DNA of 63,357 nt, filler included, from Octopus bimaculoides (Eukaryota), in assembly GCF_001194135.2 (NCBI RefSeq). It is 9 parts of 9 records of this genome, joined end to end, with 100 filler letters (N's around TTAATTAATTAA, not from the genome) between each part and the next. Parts side by side here need not be neighbours in the genome. Positions count along the whole stretch, not along the records: positions 20,687 to 39,112 come from NC_068989.1; positions 39,213 to 41,439 come from NC_068998.1; 7 more parts are not named here. One strand, given 5' to 3'. Under the pieces are notes generated by a model. That model was not told the DNA's origin and did not search any database. It worked only from the letters and a program-made list of their open reading frames with translations. The position numbers and the translations under genes are program-made. This document shows, in pieces, positions 25,514-39,261 of this stretch (the first letter of the stretch is position 1; each line of letters opens with the position of its first letter).

Positions 25514-26119
25514 CTGAAAAATGTATAAATATTGAACTTTAAAAAAATTTCCAGGTCTAAATGGCTGGAGAGGAAACATTATCAGGAAACAAGTTTTAGA
25601 TTAATGTGGTTTTGAAGATGAGTGGTTGGGTGATGGTATAGGTGCAGATGTGGCAGTGTAGTTAACAACAGTGAATGAATAGTCGCTTTTGTTTCTCAAG
25701 ATTTTTGATATGATAGCATGTATTAAAACTGATTTTGTATTTTGAGAGGGTCATATTGCCAATAAAAGCTCATGCACTGGTTATATTTCACTTCAATTAT
25801 ATTACCTATCAATTAGATAATTAATCAATCAATAAATATCAATTAGCCAATGGTTTTAGTTTCATTCTGCATGGTAATTTTATTAAGCATCTTCTCCTAA
25901 GCCAACCAAAACCTTGTGAGTGGATTCTAAAACAAAAACTATATTCATGTATCTTCTTTTTCCTCCTCCTCTTCGTTTTAACATTCACTTTTCTATGATT
26001 GCATGGGTCAGGTGAATTTTTTTCTTATTGCCACATATCTTTCTACTTCAACCCTCATCTGTTTCCAAGTAATATTTCCCCATGACCAAACATGTTTTTA
26101 TGGAAGATTGGAAATGAAG

Positions 26120-26199
<80 letters not shown>

Positions 26200-26699
26200 A
26201 TGTATGTATGTTATTGTATCTGAAGAGAATCATTCTCTACNNNNNNNNNNNNNNNNNNNNNNNNNNNNNNNNNNNNNNNNNNNNNNNNNNNNNNNNNNNN
26301 NNNNNNNNNNNNNNNNNNNNNNNNNNNNNNNNNNNNNNNNNNNNNNNNNNNNNNNNNNNNNTATATATATATATATATATATATATATCACCATCATCAT
26401 CATCGATTAACGTCTGTTTTCCATGCTGGCATGGGCTGGACGTTTTGACTGAGGTCTAGAGAGCCAGTGGCTACACCAGCCTATTTTTTTATTCCTTTAT
26501 ATGTTTTAGTTATTTGACTGCAGCCATAATGGGGTACTGCCTTGAAAGGTTTTAGTTGAAGAAACTGACCCCAGGACTTATTCTTTTCAAGCCTAGTACT
26601 TATTCTATTGGTCTCTTTTTCTGAACTGCTAAGTTATGAGGATGTCAACATACCAACACAAGTTGCCAAGCAATGGTGGTGGACAAACACAGACAGATA

Positions 26700-26810
26700 C
26701 ACACACACATGCACGCACACAGACACACACACATGCATGCACACAGACACACACACATGCATGCACACAGACACACACACATGCACGCACACAGACACAC
26801 ACACATATAT
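26700..26810. repeat. 24-bp CA-rich tandem repeat
   Basis: CACACACATGCA(C/T)GCACACAGACA repeated about 4 times. Confidence 0.8.
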
Positions 26811-29734
26811 AGATACGATAGGCTTCTTTCAGTTTCCATCTACCAAATCCACTCACAAGGATTTGGTTGGACTGAGGCTGTAGTAGAAGACACTTGCCTA
26901 AGCTGCCGTGCAGTGGGACTGAACCTGGAACCATGTGATTGGGAAGCAAAGCATCACCCTCGTTCAAGGGATGTTTGCTAACAATCTTCTGAGATAACGA
27001 CAGTAACAACTGGTAATGACGACAGCAAAGGCAATAATGACAATGATCATGTACCAAATACTCTTTGTGGAATATCATATTCCACAAAGGGTGTCTGGTA
27101 CATTTCTCTTGTTTTCTGTCACTAAAATATTGATCTACATAGAGATAAAACTCAAACATTAATGTTACAGTTGCTGTTAAAGAATCTCGTTTTGTTTTAA
27201 GGTGGATGATTATTTAACTGATTAACACACTTGTTGCCAAATTTCCATTGAAATACACTGCCTTTGTTTAAATTAATTTAGAGAATTTAGTAAAATGACT
27301 TTGTTATTATTAAACTGGAATTTGGATCATAAACTGATATAAATTTTTGATGGAAGGTTTCTATTTAGAACACTAAATTATTTAAAATTATTTACATTAC
27401 AGCCACCAGAAAATATATATACATATGCCTGCATGATGGGCTTCTTTCAGTTTCCATCTACTAAATCCACTCACAAGGCTTTGGTTGGCCCAAAGGTATA
27501 GTAGAAGACACTTGCCCAAAGTGCCTGATGAAGAATTGAGTAAAATATCTTTTTTCACATTTAAGCTGGTATTTGCAGTATAAATTAAGATGACATCTTG
27601 GTGGAAGTTTTTTTATTTTGATCACCTTAAACAGGAAGTTTGTATTGTAGAATCAGAGGCAGTTTTGGGCAGGTTGATATCAAAAGGGTTTTCCTTTCTT
27701 TTTCTATTCTTTTACCTCTTTCAGCCATTGTACCACAGCCATTCTAGGGCACTGCCTTGAAAAGTTTTAATATGAATGGGGCAAGATTTACTAAAGAGAC
27801 AATTTTGAAAAACAGGATAAATTAAAGCCTTTACTATATAAATGGTTAAATGAATAATTTGTAAGTTTATGAGATCAAATTTAATTAACCCATTAACATA
27901 TAAACTGGCCACATCCAGCTCAAATATTTAACCTACTTTATGTTCAAACTGGCCAGATCTGGTTTCCCACACCTACACTACACTGTCATTCTAAAAATAA
28001 AGAGTCATATTATTGAACTCTTAAAGCCATGGAATAATGCATGGTTAATTCAAAACAAGGGGAACAAGTAAGCATTACATTTCACTATGAAGGTATATGG
28101 TTCAGTGGTTAGAACATCAGATTCACAATCATGTGGTAGTGACTTTGATTTCTGGACTGTTCTGTGTGTTGTGTTCTTGAGCAAGACACTTTATTTCTTG
28201 TTGCTCCAATTCACTCAGCTGTAGAAATGGGTTGTGATGTCACTGGTGCCAAGCTGTATTGGCTTTTACCTTTCCCTTGGACAACATTGGTGGCATGAAG
28301 AAGGGGGGCAAGTCTGCATGGATGACTGCTGGTCTTCCATAAACAACTTTGCCTGGATTTGTGCCTTGGAGGGTAACTTTTTAGTTCACCTGAGGGGTGG
28401 GGTCTTTACCCTTTTTTTTTACATTTGACTGAGTAATCCGAATGCTAAAGAGTTAATTATTTTATTGTTTCATGGAAGAACACATTATTATTCTAAATTG
28501 CTTACAGTTGATGCCTCCATCAACAATAGGAAGTAGATACCAGTTTCAAGAAAAGTTACCTTTATTAGATACTAGCATTTTCGAGAAGGCCCATCAAGCT
28601 AAGTAAAATCGTTGGTAACCAGTGCCAATGACACATGTAAAAGGCACCTGTGCTAGTGGCACGTAAAGGGCACCTATGCCTGTGACACAGAGAGGGTACC
28701 TGTACTGGTGACACATTAAAGGCACCTGTGCTGGTGACATGTAAAAGGCACTTGTGCCAGTGACACATAAAAGACACCCAGTACACTCTGTGGAGTAGTT
28801 GGTATTAGGAAGGCATTGAGCTGTAGAAACCAAGCCAAAACAGACTGGAACCTGGGGCAGCTCTCTGGCTTACCAGTTCCTGTCAAACCATTTAACCCAT
28901 GCCAGCATGGAAAACAGATGCTAAATAATGATGGTGATGAGGGTGATGATGATGATGTTTTTATTAGAGAGAGATTTAAACACTAGACACAAGTCTTATG
29001 AATGGACCCTTATAATTCATATGGGAGGTTAGACAGTGATGAATTATCAAGCAACAAGATCTAACAAAACATTTATGAAGACATTACACATTTTTTCTTA
29101 TGAAATGAAACTAAGTTAATGCACTAAGTTCTAATGAAACAATCTCTTATACTTAAACCCATCAAATCTTGCAGGATGCACGGTGACTTCACTACCGCTG
29201 TTGGTACAAAAGAAAGAGACAAAAAAAAGCATCCTGTAATGTGGTTGGTGTTAGGAAGAGCTTTCAGTCATAGAAACCATGTCAAAGGAGCTAGTGGACC
29301 ATAACGTAGTCCTTAGACCCACTGGATCCTGTCAGTCTGTTCAACCAATGCTAGCATGGAATAAGGAAGTTAATATTTATCTCCACTTAAACATGGATGT
29401 TTCATTAAAACAAACTTTACTGTAGTAGTTGTCATGAGAGAAATTCTCACATTGGCTTTTTGGTGCAAAATGCATTTTTGTTTATATTGGTAGCAGGGGA
29501 GATAAATCCCCATTACCTCCAATGCTGAGACCACCAAAGCACATGATTTTGACCTTGTTTGGTCTTGTCAATGATGAACACTCACATGATCTGGTGGTCT
29601 CAGTGCTGAAGGTATCAGGGATTTATCTCCCCACTGGTGAGATAAACAAGAGAGCATTTTGCACCAAAATGATGACTTTATTGATGATGGTGATGATTAG
29701 AGATAGACAGAAATGTTATATGTGAGTGTGAATA

Positions 29735-29767
<33 letters not shown>

Positions 29768-29832
29768 AGGAAAGAGAGAGAAAGAGTAAAGAGCATCTAC
29801 ATGAGGTACTTAAGTTTCATGTGTATACATAC

Positions 29833-30041
29833 CTCCTCTTTATCAAACACTGATAAGCACTCCACGAAGGCATTGCCTAAGATCTTAGCAAAAGCAGCTT
29901 TGAAAAGGTTGAAGCATAAGTTCTGTTCCAGAATGATAAAGTAATTTTCTGACATTCCAAAACTGTGGCTATATGAATAATAAGATTTCCATCTTGATGG
30001 CACACTTCCGACAATACGGAGGTTATCAAATGGCTTGGCAT
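29833..30041 (-). CDS. Carotenoid oxygenase exon (second iron-ligand His, HSF)
   Basis: Acceptor tttgatAG, donor GAG|GTATGT. Encodes (D)AKPFDNLRIVGSVPSRWKSYYSYSHSFGMSENYFIILEQNLCFNLFKAAFAKILGNAFVECLSVFDKEE. 209 bp, phase 1 to 0. Confidence 0.95.
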
Positions 30042-30229
30042 CTATCAAATAAAAACAAACAATATTTAGATAGTTGTAAATACCTTTACTCAACCACATA
30101 TTTCCTATTTTGTTCCTTCTACCTTTCACCATCTTTGAGGCAGCTTCATGATCCCATCCTCCCAGAACTTGGCATCTTTTTGGGTTATGAACAAGTCTAA
30201 GTAGTTTTTACACTCTTTTAATGAATCAA

Positions 30230-30790
30230 AGTTCTTCCTATTAAGATAATTTTACAGGGATTGGAATACATGATAATCTTAAGGTGCAAGGTCAGGTGAG
30301 TACAGTGGGTGGAGACATCCCATCCAAGCTACACTAATTTCCATCTGGTCTGCAAAGAAATGTGCAGTCTAGTGTTGTCCTGGATGTAAGATGACACCCT
30401 TTCAGTAGGCCAATTCTGGACGTTTTTCATCAATTGCTTCTATTAATCAGTCTAATTAGGAACAATCATAGTCTGAATTTAATGTCTGATTTTGTGGAAG
30501 TAGTTCATAATATACAATGTTCTTTTACTCCCATCACATACAGAGCATCACCTTCTTCAGATACAGACCATCTTTTGGAGAGGCTGAAGGCAGTTCATTT
30601 CGTTTTCCTCAGGAGCTTTTTTTGGTTTATGATAATATAAATAATCCATTTCTCATCACACATGATTATTCTTTTCAAAAGTGGATAATTTTTGTTTCAT
30701 CTGAGCAGAGAATTGTAGATGGAAATGTGCTCTGTTAGGTTATGAGGCATCCAAATGTCATAGTGATCCAAATAGCCAAGTGTTTTTAAA
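30230..30790 (-). mobile_element. Degenerate mariner (Mos1/Hsmar-like) transposase relic inside a carotenoid oxygenase intron
   Basis: Minus-strand pieces HLKTLGY..YDIWMPHNL, DEKWIIY, YELLPQNQTLNSD, RPEL, and LYSPDLAP..YHVFQSL, with multiple stops and frameshifts. Confidence 0.85.
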
Positions 30791-31688
30791 TGCATTATAA
30801 CACTGACATTAGATACATGGAGAACCTCAGTGATGACCCCTTCATTACACTAGATGTTAAGACACCTGAAAGTCATAGAAAGGTGATAAAATTCACCTCC
30901 AATTCCATTCAGGAGTGATGGATACTTATATTTGGCCATTTTTGTGACTTATCGATGACTTTCAGGTGTTTTAATATTACAGTGAACCAGCAAACAAACA
31001 AAACACATACACTGAGTATGTGTGGTTGATAATGTTTACAACACTAGTGTTGCTTTTAATTAGTTATTGAACATGTGTATGTATGTTTATGTTTGCATAT
31101 GCATGTATGCTTGTGCCTCTTTGTCTCGACCTGTCATCAAAGTGGTGTCATTTATTTCCAGTCATCCATGAAAATATATGCAGTCATGGAGAAATATTAC
31201 CTTATTTGGAAACAGATGAGTATTGGTAACCGGAAGAGTATCTGACTGTTGAAATTCTACTTCAACAAATGACAACTCACCTATGCAAGTATGGAAAAGT
31301 GGACATAAAATGATGATAATAATAATGATGATGATGATGATGATGATGTTGATACTCCTAACACCTCACTTCATCTTAAGGTATCCAGCTCACAATCAAT
31401 TCCTAGCAGCAAATTATTTCACATTGCTCTAGTCCACTCAGCTGGTAAAAACGAGTAGTACCTGAATCTGAAAGGGCCAGCCTCGCCACATTCAGTGTCA
31501 TGTTGAATCTCCCTGAGAACTATATTAAGGCTACTCATGTCCGTGGAGTGCTCAGTCAGTTGCATGTTAATTTCATGAGCAGGCTGTTCTGTTGATGTGA
31601 TCAACTGGAACCCTTGTTGTCATAACAGAGAGAATACCAGTTAGTTAGTAACAAAAGTAAATTCCCAAATTCAAATAACACTACAAAC

Positions 31689-31836
31689 CTTTGTTGTCAT
31701 TTGGTTCACTTGCTATGATGTTGTAGGCCATATTTTTATTTTTGAAGTTTGATCCTAGGTTGTATATTGTTCCATTCTGGTCCTTAAGCGGGTGAGCAGT
31801 GGCAGAGTGGACAGCAGTTAAATTGTTTAGTTTAAC
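31689..31836 (-). CDS. Carotenoid oxygenase exon (first iron-ligand His, TAHP)
   Basis: Acceptor ttccAG, donor AAAG|GTTTGT. Encodes VKLNNLTAVHSATAHPLKDQNGTIYNLGSNFKNKNMAYNIIASEPNDNK. 148 bp, phase 0 to 1. Confidence 0.93.
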
Positions 31837-32621
31837 CTGGAAGTAAGCATATTGGTTTCCTTTTAGATACAAGGATAATTCTTTTATAAGAAAAATGAAA
31901 TATGGATTTGTGCATTTCTGTACCTTGTGGCTTCAGATTCACTCCCACTGCACAGCACTTGGGCAAGTGCTTTTGGCTCTAGCCAAGGTCTTATGAGTGG
32001 ATTTAGTAGAAAGAAACAGACATGTTCTCATGGAAGATTGAGAATGAAGGACACTTCTTGTATGACAGGGATACTCATTTACAGCTATCACATAAAATCA
32101 AGGCAAGCAGACAGTAACAGACACACACATGCATATACACACACACATACATATATGAGAAGCTTCTTTTAGCTGTCTACCAAATCCCCAAATCCACTCA
32201 CAAGGCTTTGATTGGCCCAGGGCTATGGTAGAAGACACTTGCCCAAGGTGTCATGCAGTGGGACTGGACCTGAGACCAAGTGGTAGGGAAATAAACTTCT
32301 TACCATAGAGCCATGCCTATGCCTAAATAAAAATAGAAAACAAACATGCTTTAACTGAAATGTTGTAGCTCATTTCTATGATGTCCTTAAGAATTCCTTA
32401 AAAGAAAAGGAAATTAAGATGTTTTTACAAACTCAACAAGTGCAGGTATGGCTGTGTGGTAAGAAGCTCGCTTCCCAACCACATAGTTCCAGGTTCAGTC
32501 CCACTGCATTATACTTTGAGCAAGTGTCTTCTATTATAACCTTCGGCCAACCAAAACCTTGTGAGTAAACTTAAATAGATGGGAATCTGAAAGAAGCCCA
32601 TTGCATGCATGCATGCATACA

Positions 32622-32657
<36 letters not shown>

Positions 32658-32915
32658 TGTTTATATTTCTGTGTGTATGTACTTGTGTTATTGTTTGTCC
32701 CCCTATAATTGCTTGACAACTGATGTTGGAGTGTTTACGTATCTGTGACCTAGTGGTTCAGGGAAAAAGATCGATAGAATAAGTACTAGGCTTACAAAGT
32801 ATAAACCCTGGGATCGATTTTTGTGACTAAAACCTTTGTAGGCAGTTCTCCAGCAAAGCCACAGTCAAATGACTGAAATAAGTAAAAATAAAAGAATAAA
32901 AGAAAAGATACATAC

Positions 32916-33057
32916 TGTGTCAACTGGATCCAGTGAATCAGGGTCAATTTGTAGGACTTTGTCAACTTCTGTCATAGTAAAGAATGCATCACCATGTTTG
33001 ACAACATTCACAGATGTATTGTCAGTGAATTCGTCTATTTTAAAGTAGGAGAAAAAC
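32916..33057 (-). CDS. Carotenoid oxygenase exon
   Basis: Acceptor ttttctAG, donor ACA|GTATGT. Encodes (R)FFSYFKIDEFTDNTSVNVVKHGDAFFTMTEVDKVLQIDPDSLDPVDT (TDN motif). 142 bp; phase matches the previous exon. Confidence 0.95.
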
Positions 33058-33702
33058 CTAGAAAATAAAAGCACGACAAAATAGAAATGATGGTAAAATT
33101 GAGAATTCAGAAAACAAAGACAGACAAAATACTACTAAGCATTTCGCCCAGCATGCTAACATTTCTGTCAGCTCGCTGCCTTAAATATACACTTATATCT
33201 ATTTATACAATGGGCTTCTTTCAGCTTCTGTCTACCAAAGCTTTGGTTGGCCCAAGTCTATAGTAGAACACTCTTGCTCAAGATGCTATGTAGTGGGACT
33301 GAACCCATAATCATGTGTTAGGGAAATAAACCTTTTAATCATTTTGTGGGGTTCTTTGAGACTTCATTAAGGGGCAACTTCAAATTTGTAGTTAGGTGAA
33401 ATTTTACCTATATCTGTTTTTTTTTTTCCACTTCAGCTCTAGTGTCAATAACAACTTAAGATAAGAAATACAGTAAAATAATAAATAGATGAATTATTAA
33501 ATAAATGAAGAATTACAAACAGTAGACAAAAACAGAATGGTAGAGTGATGAATCTAAAATGCTTTTTGTGCAGTGATTAGTTTCTTCCCTCTATGTTCTA
33601 AGTTCAAATCCAACAGAACCAAATTAGAGTTGCTAGAGTAAGTACCAAGCATGGAGAAATGTTGATTTCATTCACTACACATCTAAAGATATGAATTCTT
33701 TG

Positions 33703-33869
33703 ACTACTACTACTACTACTACTACTACTGCTACCAGCAGCAGCAGCAGCACCACCACCACCACCACCACCACCATTATTAGTACTACTACTAGCGCTGC
33801 TGCTACTGTTGCTACTACCACCATTACCAGCATCACCAGCACCAGCACCATCAGATCTACTACTACTAT
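33703..33869. repeat. Compound trinucleotide microsatellite (ACT/AGC/ACC)
   Basis: Direct reading; in-phase switching between ACT, AGC, ACC and GCT runs. Confidence 0.9.
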
Positions 33870-33908
33870 TGCTCTCTGTTACTAGCAAACTGAGAAAATC
33901 TGTTTTAC

Positions 33909-34167
33909 CTGGAAAAAATACTTTTGCAAGGATCTGGCAGAGCAACTTTTCCAAACTGGCTGTAAACGAGGCGGTTGGCTTTCACAGAATCATTCCAAGT
34001 TTTGCTGCGTAATATACGGTTCTTATATAAAACCCGACCATCTTTGATGTCATAGCGACTAATGGCAGCTAAACCATCAAACAAGTGATTCAACTTAGTT
34101 TCGCCAACTTCAAATACTCCAGCACCATTTCGGTAAAGACTACCATTCAACCAAGCTGGCACAGTAC
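33909..34167 (-). CDS. Carotenoid oxygenase (BCO1/BCO2/RPE65 family), first visible coding exon
   Basis: Acceptor ttttcAG at 34169-34168, donor AG|GTAAAA. Encodes (G)TVPAWLNGSLYRNGAGVFEVGETKLNHLFDGLA...FGKVALPDPCKSIFS(R), the family motifs P.WL.G.L.R.G.G, HxFDG and PDPCK. 259 bp, phase 1 to phase 2. Confidence 0.95.
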
Positions 34168-37100
34168 CTGAAAATAAATGACAGATAGTTTTATTTAATA
34201 TTTGGTTTATGTTATTTCCATGAATAAATAAACAAGATGAAGAGAAAGCTTAAAGAAAATCTTAAAGTTGACAATGTCCGAGTAAAGCTTTTGGTGAAAG
34301 CATGTAGCTTGGTGGTTAGAGTATTTGGCTCAGAATCCTAAGGTCGTGAGTTCAATTTCTGGTGATGCGTTGTGTCCTTGAGCAAGATACTTTATTTCAT
34401 GTTGCTCCAGTCCACTCACCTGGCAAAAATAAGTAGCACCTGTATTTGAAAGGGTCAGCCTTGTCACACTCTGTATCACATTGAATCTCTCAAAGGACTA
34501 CATTAAGGGTACATTTAATCTTGAAATTCTTTATCAAAGATAATATTTTTAAATGAAATAAAGCTGTATTCATTGAATTAGATATGTAATTTAAACTATT
34601 AAGTAATGAAATGTACTTTGAATATTGATTGTTTATCTGTAGCACAGTACTTAAGACAAAACACTGTAATAAACACATTTATTTAATTTCACTTCTCTTA
34701 AAAAGTTACCTTTCAGCATCATCACCAGAATTTAGCATCTACTTTCTACGCTGGCATGGGTTAGACGGTTTAACTGAATCTGATAAGCTGGAGAGTTGCA
34801 CCAGGTTCCAATCTGATTTGGCATGGTTTCTACAGCTAGATACCCCTCCTAGTTGGTATTAGGAAACATACTAAATGATGATGATGAGGAAAGATAACTT
34901 TTTAAGAGGAATGAAATAGTATTCTATCAAAAAGAATATGCCTTCATTAAGAATAATTTCAGACTATTCAGAGCAACTTTCCAGCCTGGGCAATGCCAGA
35001 TATTCTGGAAGGTGCAACTGTGATAAGTACAAGAATGGCTGCATGATTAAGGTTATAGAGTACAGGGATTACTGTATGGTTAAATAGTTTTCTTCCCAAC
35101 TATGTAGTTTCAGGTTCAGTCCCACAGTGCAGCACCTTGGGTAAGTGACTTTTACAATAATCCCAGTGTATTTATCAGAAAGAAACAGAAAGAAGTTAAT
35201 TATATACATAATCATCATTGTTTGATGTTTGTCTTTGATACTGGCCTGGGTTGAGTGGTCTGACAGAATCCAACAAGTTAGAGGACTGCACCAAGCTCCA
35301 ATATTTGCTTTGATATGGTTTCTATGGCTAGATGACCTTCCTAAGGGGATTACTTTACCTGTGTACTGGGTGCTTTTTTTCATGATGCTGCCAACTAGTG
35401 AGGCCACCAAATAACTTGCAAGGCAAAACCCTTCACTGAGTGGTGGTGTACTATTGAAAATGGGCAGCTTTATGCTGGATGATGATAGAGATTAAGGTAA
35501 GATAGAGAATTAGGAACAGGTGACTTATGGTAGAGGAGACACACAGCTACTCCAATTGGAAAGAAAGAAAGAAAAGATGGTGGTGATAGTGTCAAGGTAT
35601 ACCCTTAGAGTACAAGAAAATACAAATGAGAGAGAAATGGAACAGGACCAAATAGGGTAAGTAAATATATGCATATGTATGTGTGAGTCCGTTTATATAT
35701 TCTCTGAATACTGCAAGTCCCTGTCAAAAAATCATCCACTGGTACTGTACTATCCTCCATCTTCTCAACAATATTGCCCAGTTTTTGAATTCAATACCTC
35801 TACAACTTGTAGGCAAGCTTATAAAATCTAAAAACAGTATAACACCCATGACCTTCAGAATCAGGTTTTCATTTTTAGAAATGTCAAAGTATCTGCATCA
35901 GTTGTTAGCTGCTAGAAAAATTGTATCCTTCAAAAATTCCATGCTTCCTGAAATTTACTAACATTACTTCTTGATGTATCTATACACCCTTTCCTCATAA
36001 TAGCTTTTACACTTCACTTTTCAAATTTTTTTAATGCTTTTTTTTTCTGTTACTATGCCTGTTTCCTGTCCCTGCTTTTAAACTTCTCTGATGAGTTGCA
36101 TCTGAGCATTGCATTCATTAAGCTCATTATTGTTATTTTTCTGATGAGGATGACTTTGCCTCTCATACTTTTAGGGTCAATAAAATAAGTACTGGCTAAA
36201 CACTGGGGTTGAAGTAGTCGTCTAACCCTGATCCCCTGAAATTTCAGGCACTGTGCCTATAACAGAAAGGATTACAATGGTTGTAAAGCAAGCTTCTTAA
36301 CCACATATATGACCGTGCCTGTACCTATCATAACTAAAATTTCTAGAAGCTAAATGATGATAATGATGAAAAATAACTTTTTAAGAGAAATGAAATTAAA
36401 TAAATCTGTTTATTACAGTTTATTGTCTAAAGTATTGTACTACAGATAAGCAATCAATATTCAAAGTACATTTCACTGGCTATATCTGTGATTAAGAAGC
36501 TTGTTTTGCAACAATGTGGTTTCAGGTTCGGTCCCATTGTGCAGCACCTATTATAATCCTTTCTATTAGCTGCATTTCATCTGTCCTTATGTTCAGAGTT
36601 CAAATTTACCTTCATCCTTTTGGGGGTCAATAAAATAAGTTGTAGTTGGGTACTGCAGATCGATGTAATTAACTATCCCTTCTCCCAAAATTTCAGGCCT
36701 TGTACCTAAAGTAGAAAGGATTATTATTATAATAGTTATTAAGGCGGCATGCTGTCAGAACCACTAGTATGCTGGGCAAAATGCTGCTAAGCATTTTGTC
36801 TGTCTTTATGTTCTGAGTTCAAATTCCACCAAGGTTGACTTTGTTTTGATCCTTTTGAGGTCAATAGAATAGGTACCAGTTAAGCTCTGGGGTTGATGTA
36901 ATCAACTTGCACCTCCCCCCAAATTTCTGGCCTTGTGCCTATAGTAGAAAAGATTATTATTATTATTATTATTATTAGTAGTAGTAGTAATAGTAGTAGC
37001 AAGTCGACAAGCTGGCAGAATCATTATCACATCAGAAAAAATGCTTTGCAGCATTTCTTCTGACTCTTTATGTTCTGAGTTTTAATACTACACAACATTG

Positions 37101-38444
37101 TCTTTCATCCTTTTGGGGTTGATAAAATAAAGTGCCAGTAAAGTACTGGGGGTTGATATAACTGACCACCCCTTTCCTCAACTCCTAGCTTTGTGCCAAA
37201 ATTTGAAACAGTTATTATTTTTATTATTATTAAAATGTGAATCATTTATTACCCTTCCACCATTCACTACATTCACCCCACATCCTTCCCAATCTCTAGT
37301 CATCATCTACTCTTCCTTATTTTTCATCCAACAATTTATCATCGGCACGTAAAAAGCACCATTTGAGCGTGGTTGTTGCCAGTGCTGCCTGACTGGATCC
37401 TGTGCCAGTGGCACATAAAAAGCACCATTCAAGCATGGTCGATGTCAGTACTGCCTGACTGACCCGCGTGCCGGTGGCATGTAAAAAGCACCCACTACAC
37501 TCTCGGAGTGGTTGGTATTAGGAAGGGCATCCAGCTGTAGAAACCTTGCCAGATCAGATTGGAGCCTGATACAGCCTTCTGGCTTGCCAGTCCTTAGTCA
37601 AACCGCCCAACCCATGCCAGCATGGAAAGTAGATGTTAAACGATGATGATAATTATGATTATTCTTATGATTGTTGTTGTTAAGGTGGTGAGCTGGCAGA
37701 ATTGTTAGCATGCCGGGTAAAATGCTTAGTGGAATTTTGTCTGTCTTTATGTTCTGAGTTCAAATTTGGCTGAGGTTATCTGTGCCTTTGATCCTTTCAG
37801 GGTCGATAAAATAAGTACCAGTTGAGCACCGAAGTCAATATAATTGACTTTCCTCCTCCCCTGAAATTGTCAGAGCCTTAATTTAATACAAATATAGTGG
37901 TCTGATTTAGTGAGGCTTTTAAAACAAACATATAGCAGAAAATTGATTTGCAAAGTCCATTGCGTGTTAGCTAAAACTCATAATATGTCTCCATGCGTGT
38001 CACTGTTTAAATTTCAATGGAGAAATACACATTAACAATAGACAGCATAATTAGAAAAATAAAACGATCTAGAGTAAATAGATCAAATGAACTTAATGGC
38101 TGTTTGTATGGACTTGTAATGTATACAAATGTAATGTATATTGAGAATGAATCTAATGTAATATATCCTCTTATCATATTACTTGTTTCAGTCATTGACC
38201 TGTGATCACACTAGGGCACCACCTTGAATATATACATCATATATAGATGCAAGTATGACTGTGTAGTAAGAAGCTTGCTTTCCAACCATATGGTTCTGGG
38301 TTCAGTCCCACTGTGTGGCACCTTGGGCAACCCACTTCTAGTGTAGCTTCAGGCCAACCAAAGCCTTCTGAGTGGATTTGGTTGACAGAAATGGAAAGAA
38401 ACCCATCATGTATGTATGTATATATCTATATATATAAAAATGAG

Positions 38445-39112
38445 AATGTGTGTCTGTGTGTGTGTGTGTGTATGTGTGTGTGTTTCCCTAAAACTCGAGA
38501 ACTACACAACCAATTTCATTCAAATTTTACACATGCATTACTTAGGGTACCGGTTGTGTTTTAGTAAAAAAAAATGTTTAACTTCTTGCATAGTTCGAGC
38601 CCACAGAAACATAACATCTCCTCTACTATTTAAGTATTACGTGTCAAAAGTGAAACAAAAACACTCATGTCAAATACTTTCACTTTAAAAATGAAACTAT
38701 TCCACTAACTGAAACAATCACATTTCGATACTGTAATGACAGATACTTTCACTTTAATGGTTTCAGAGAGAGAGATGTATATGTATATGTACATGTATAT
38801 GTATACATATGTGTAGATGTATATATATAGATATACATGTAATATGTACACATATATACACATATATACACTCACACACACACATATACGCATGCACACA
38901 AACACACACATTAGTCGTTTGTTTTTTTTTTATCCAAAACTACGTCAAAAGTACTGAATGGATCTTTATGAAATTTGGAAATTATATTCTATGCATAACG
39001 GCCATAACTCCCATGAAAATTCATATATTTTTGATGTTGATGAAATTTTAACCATACATATTACACACAAATAAAGTAATATTTCTAAAATTTCTTCTTC
39101 TTAGAAGTTACA
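38445..39112. mobile_element. Interspersed repeat, possibly a non-autonomous Helitron/Helentron derivative
   Basis: 38575-39110 is colinear and highly similar to 54512-55053, with a variable internal microsatellite. The family call rests only on the (GT)n start and ACAACCAATTTCATTCAAATTTT / GAATGGATCTTTATGAAATTTGG-like motifs. Confidence 0.5.
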
Positions 39113-39212
39113 NNNNNNNNNNNNNNNNNNNNNNNNNNNNNNNNNNNNNNNNNNNNTTAATTAATTAANNNNNNNNNNNNNNNNNNNNNNNNNNNNNNNN
39201 NNNNNNNNNNNN

Positions 39213-39261
<49 letters not shown>

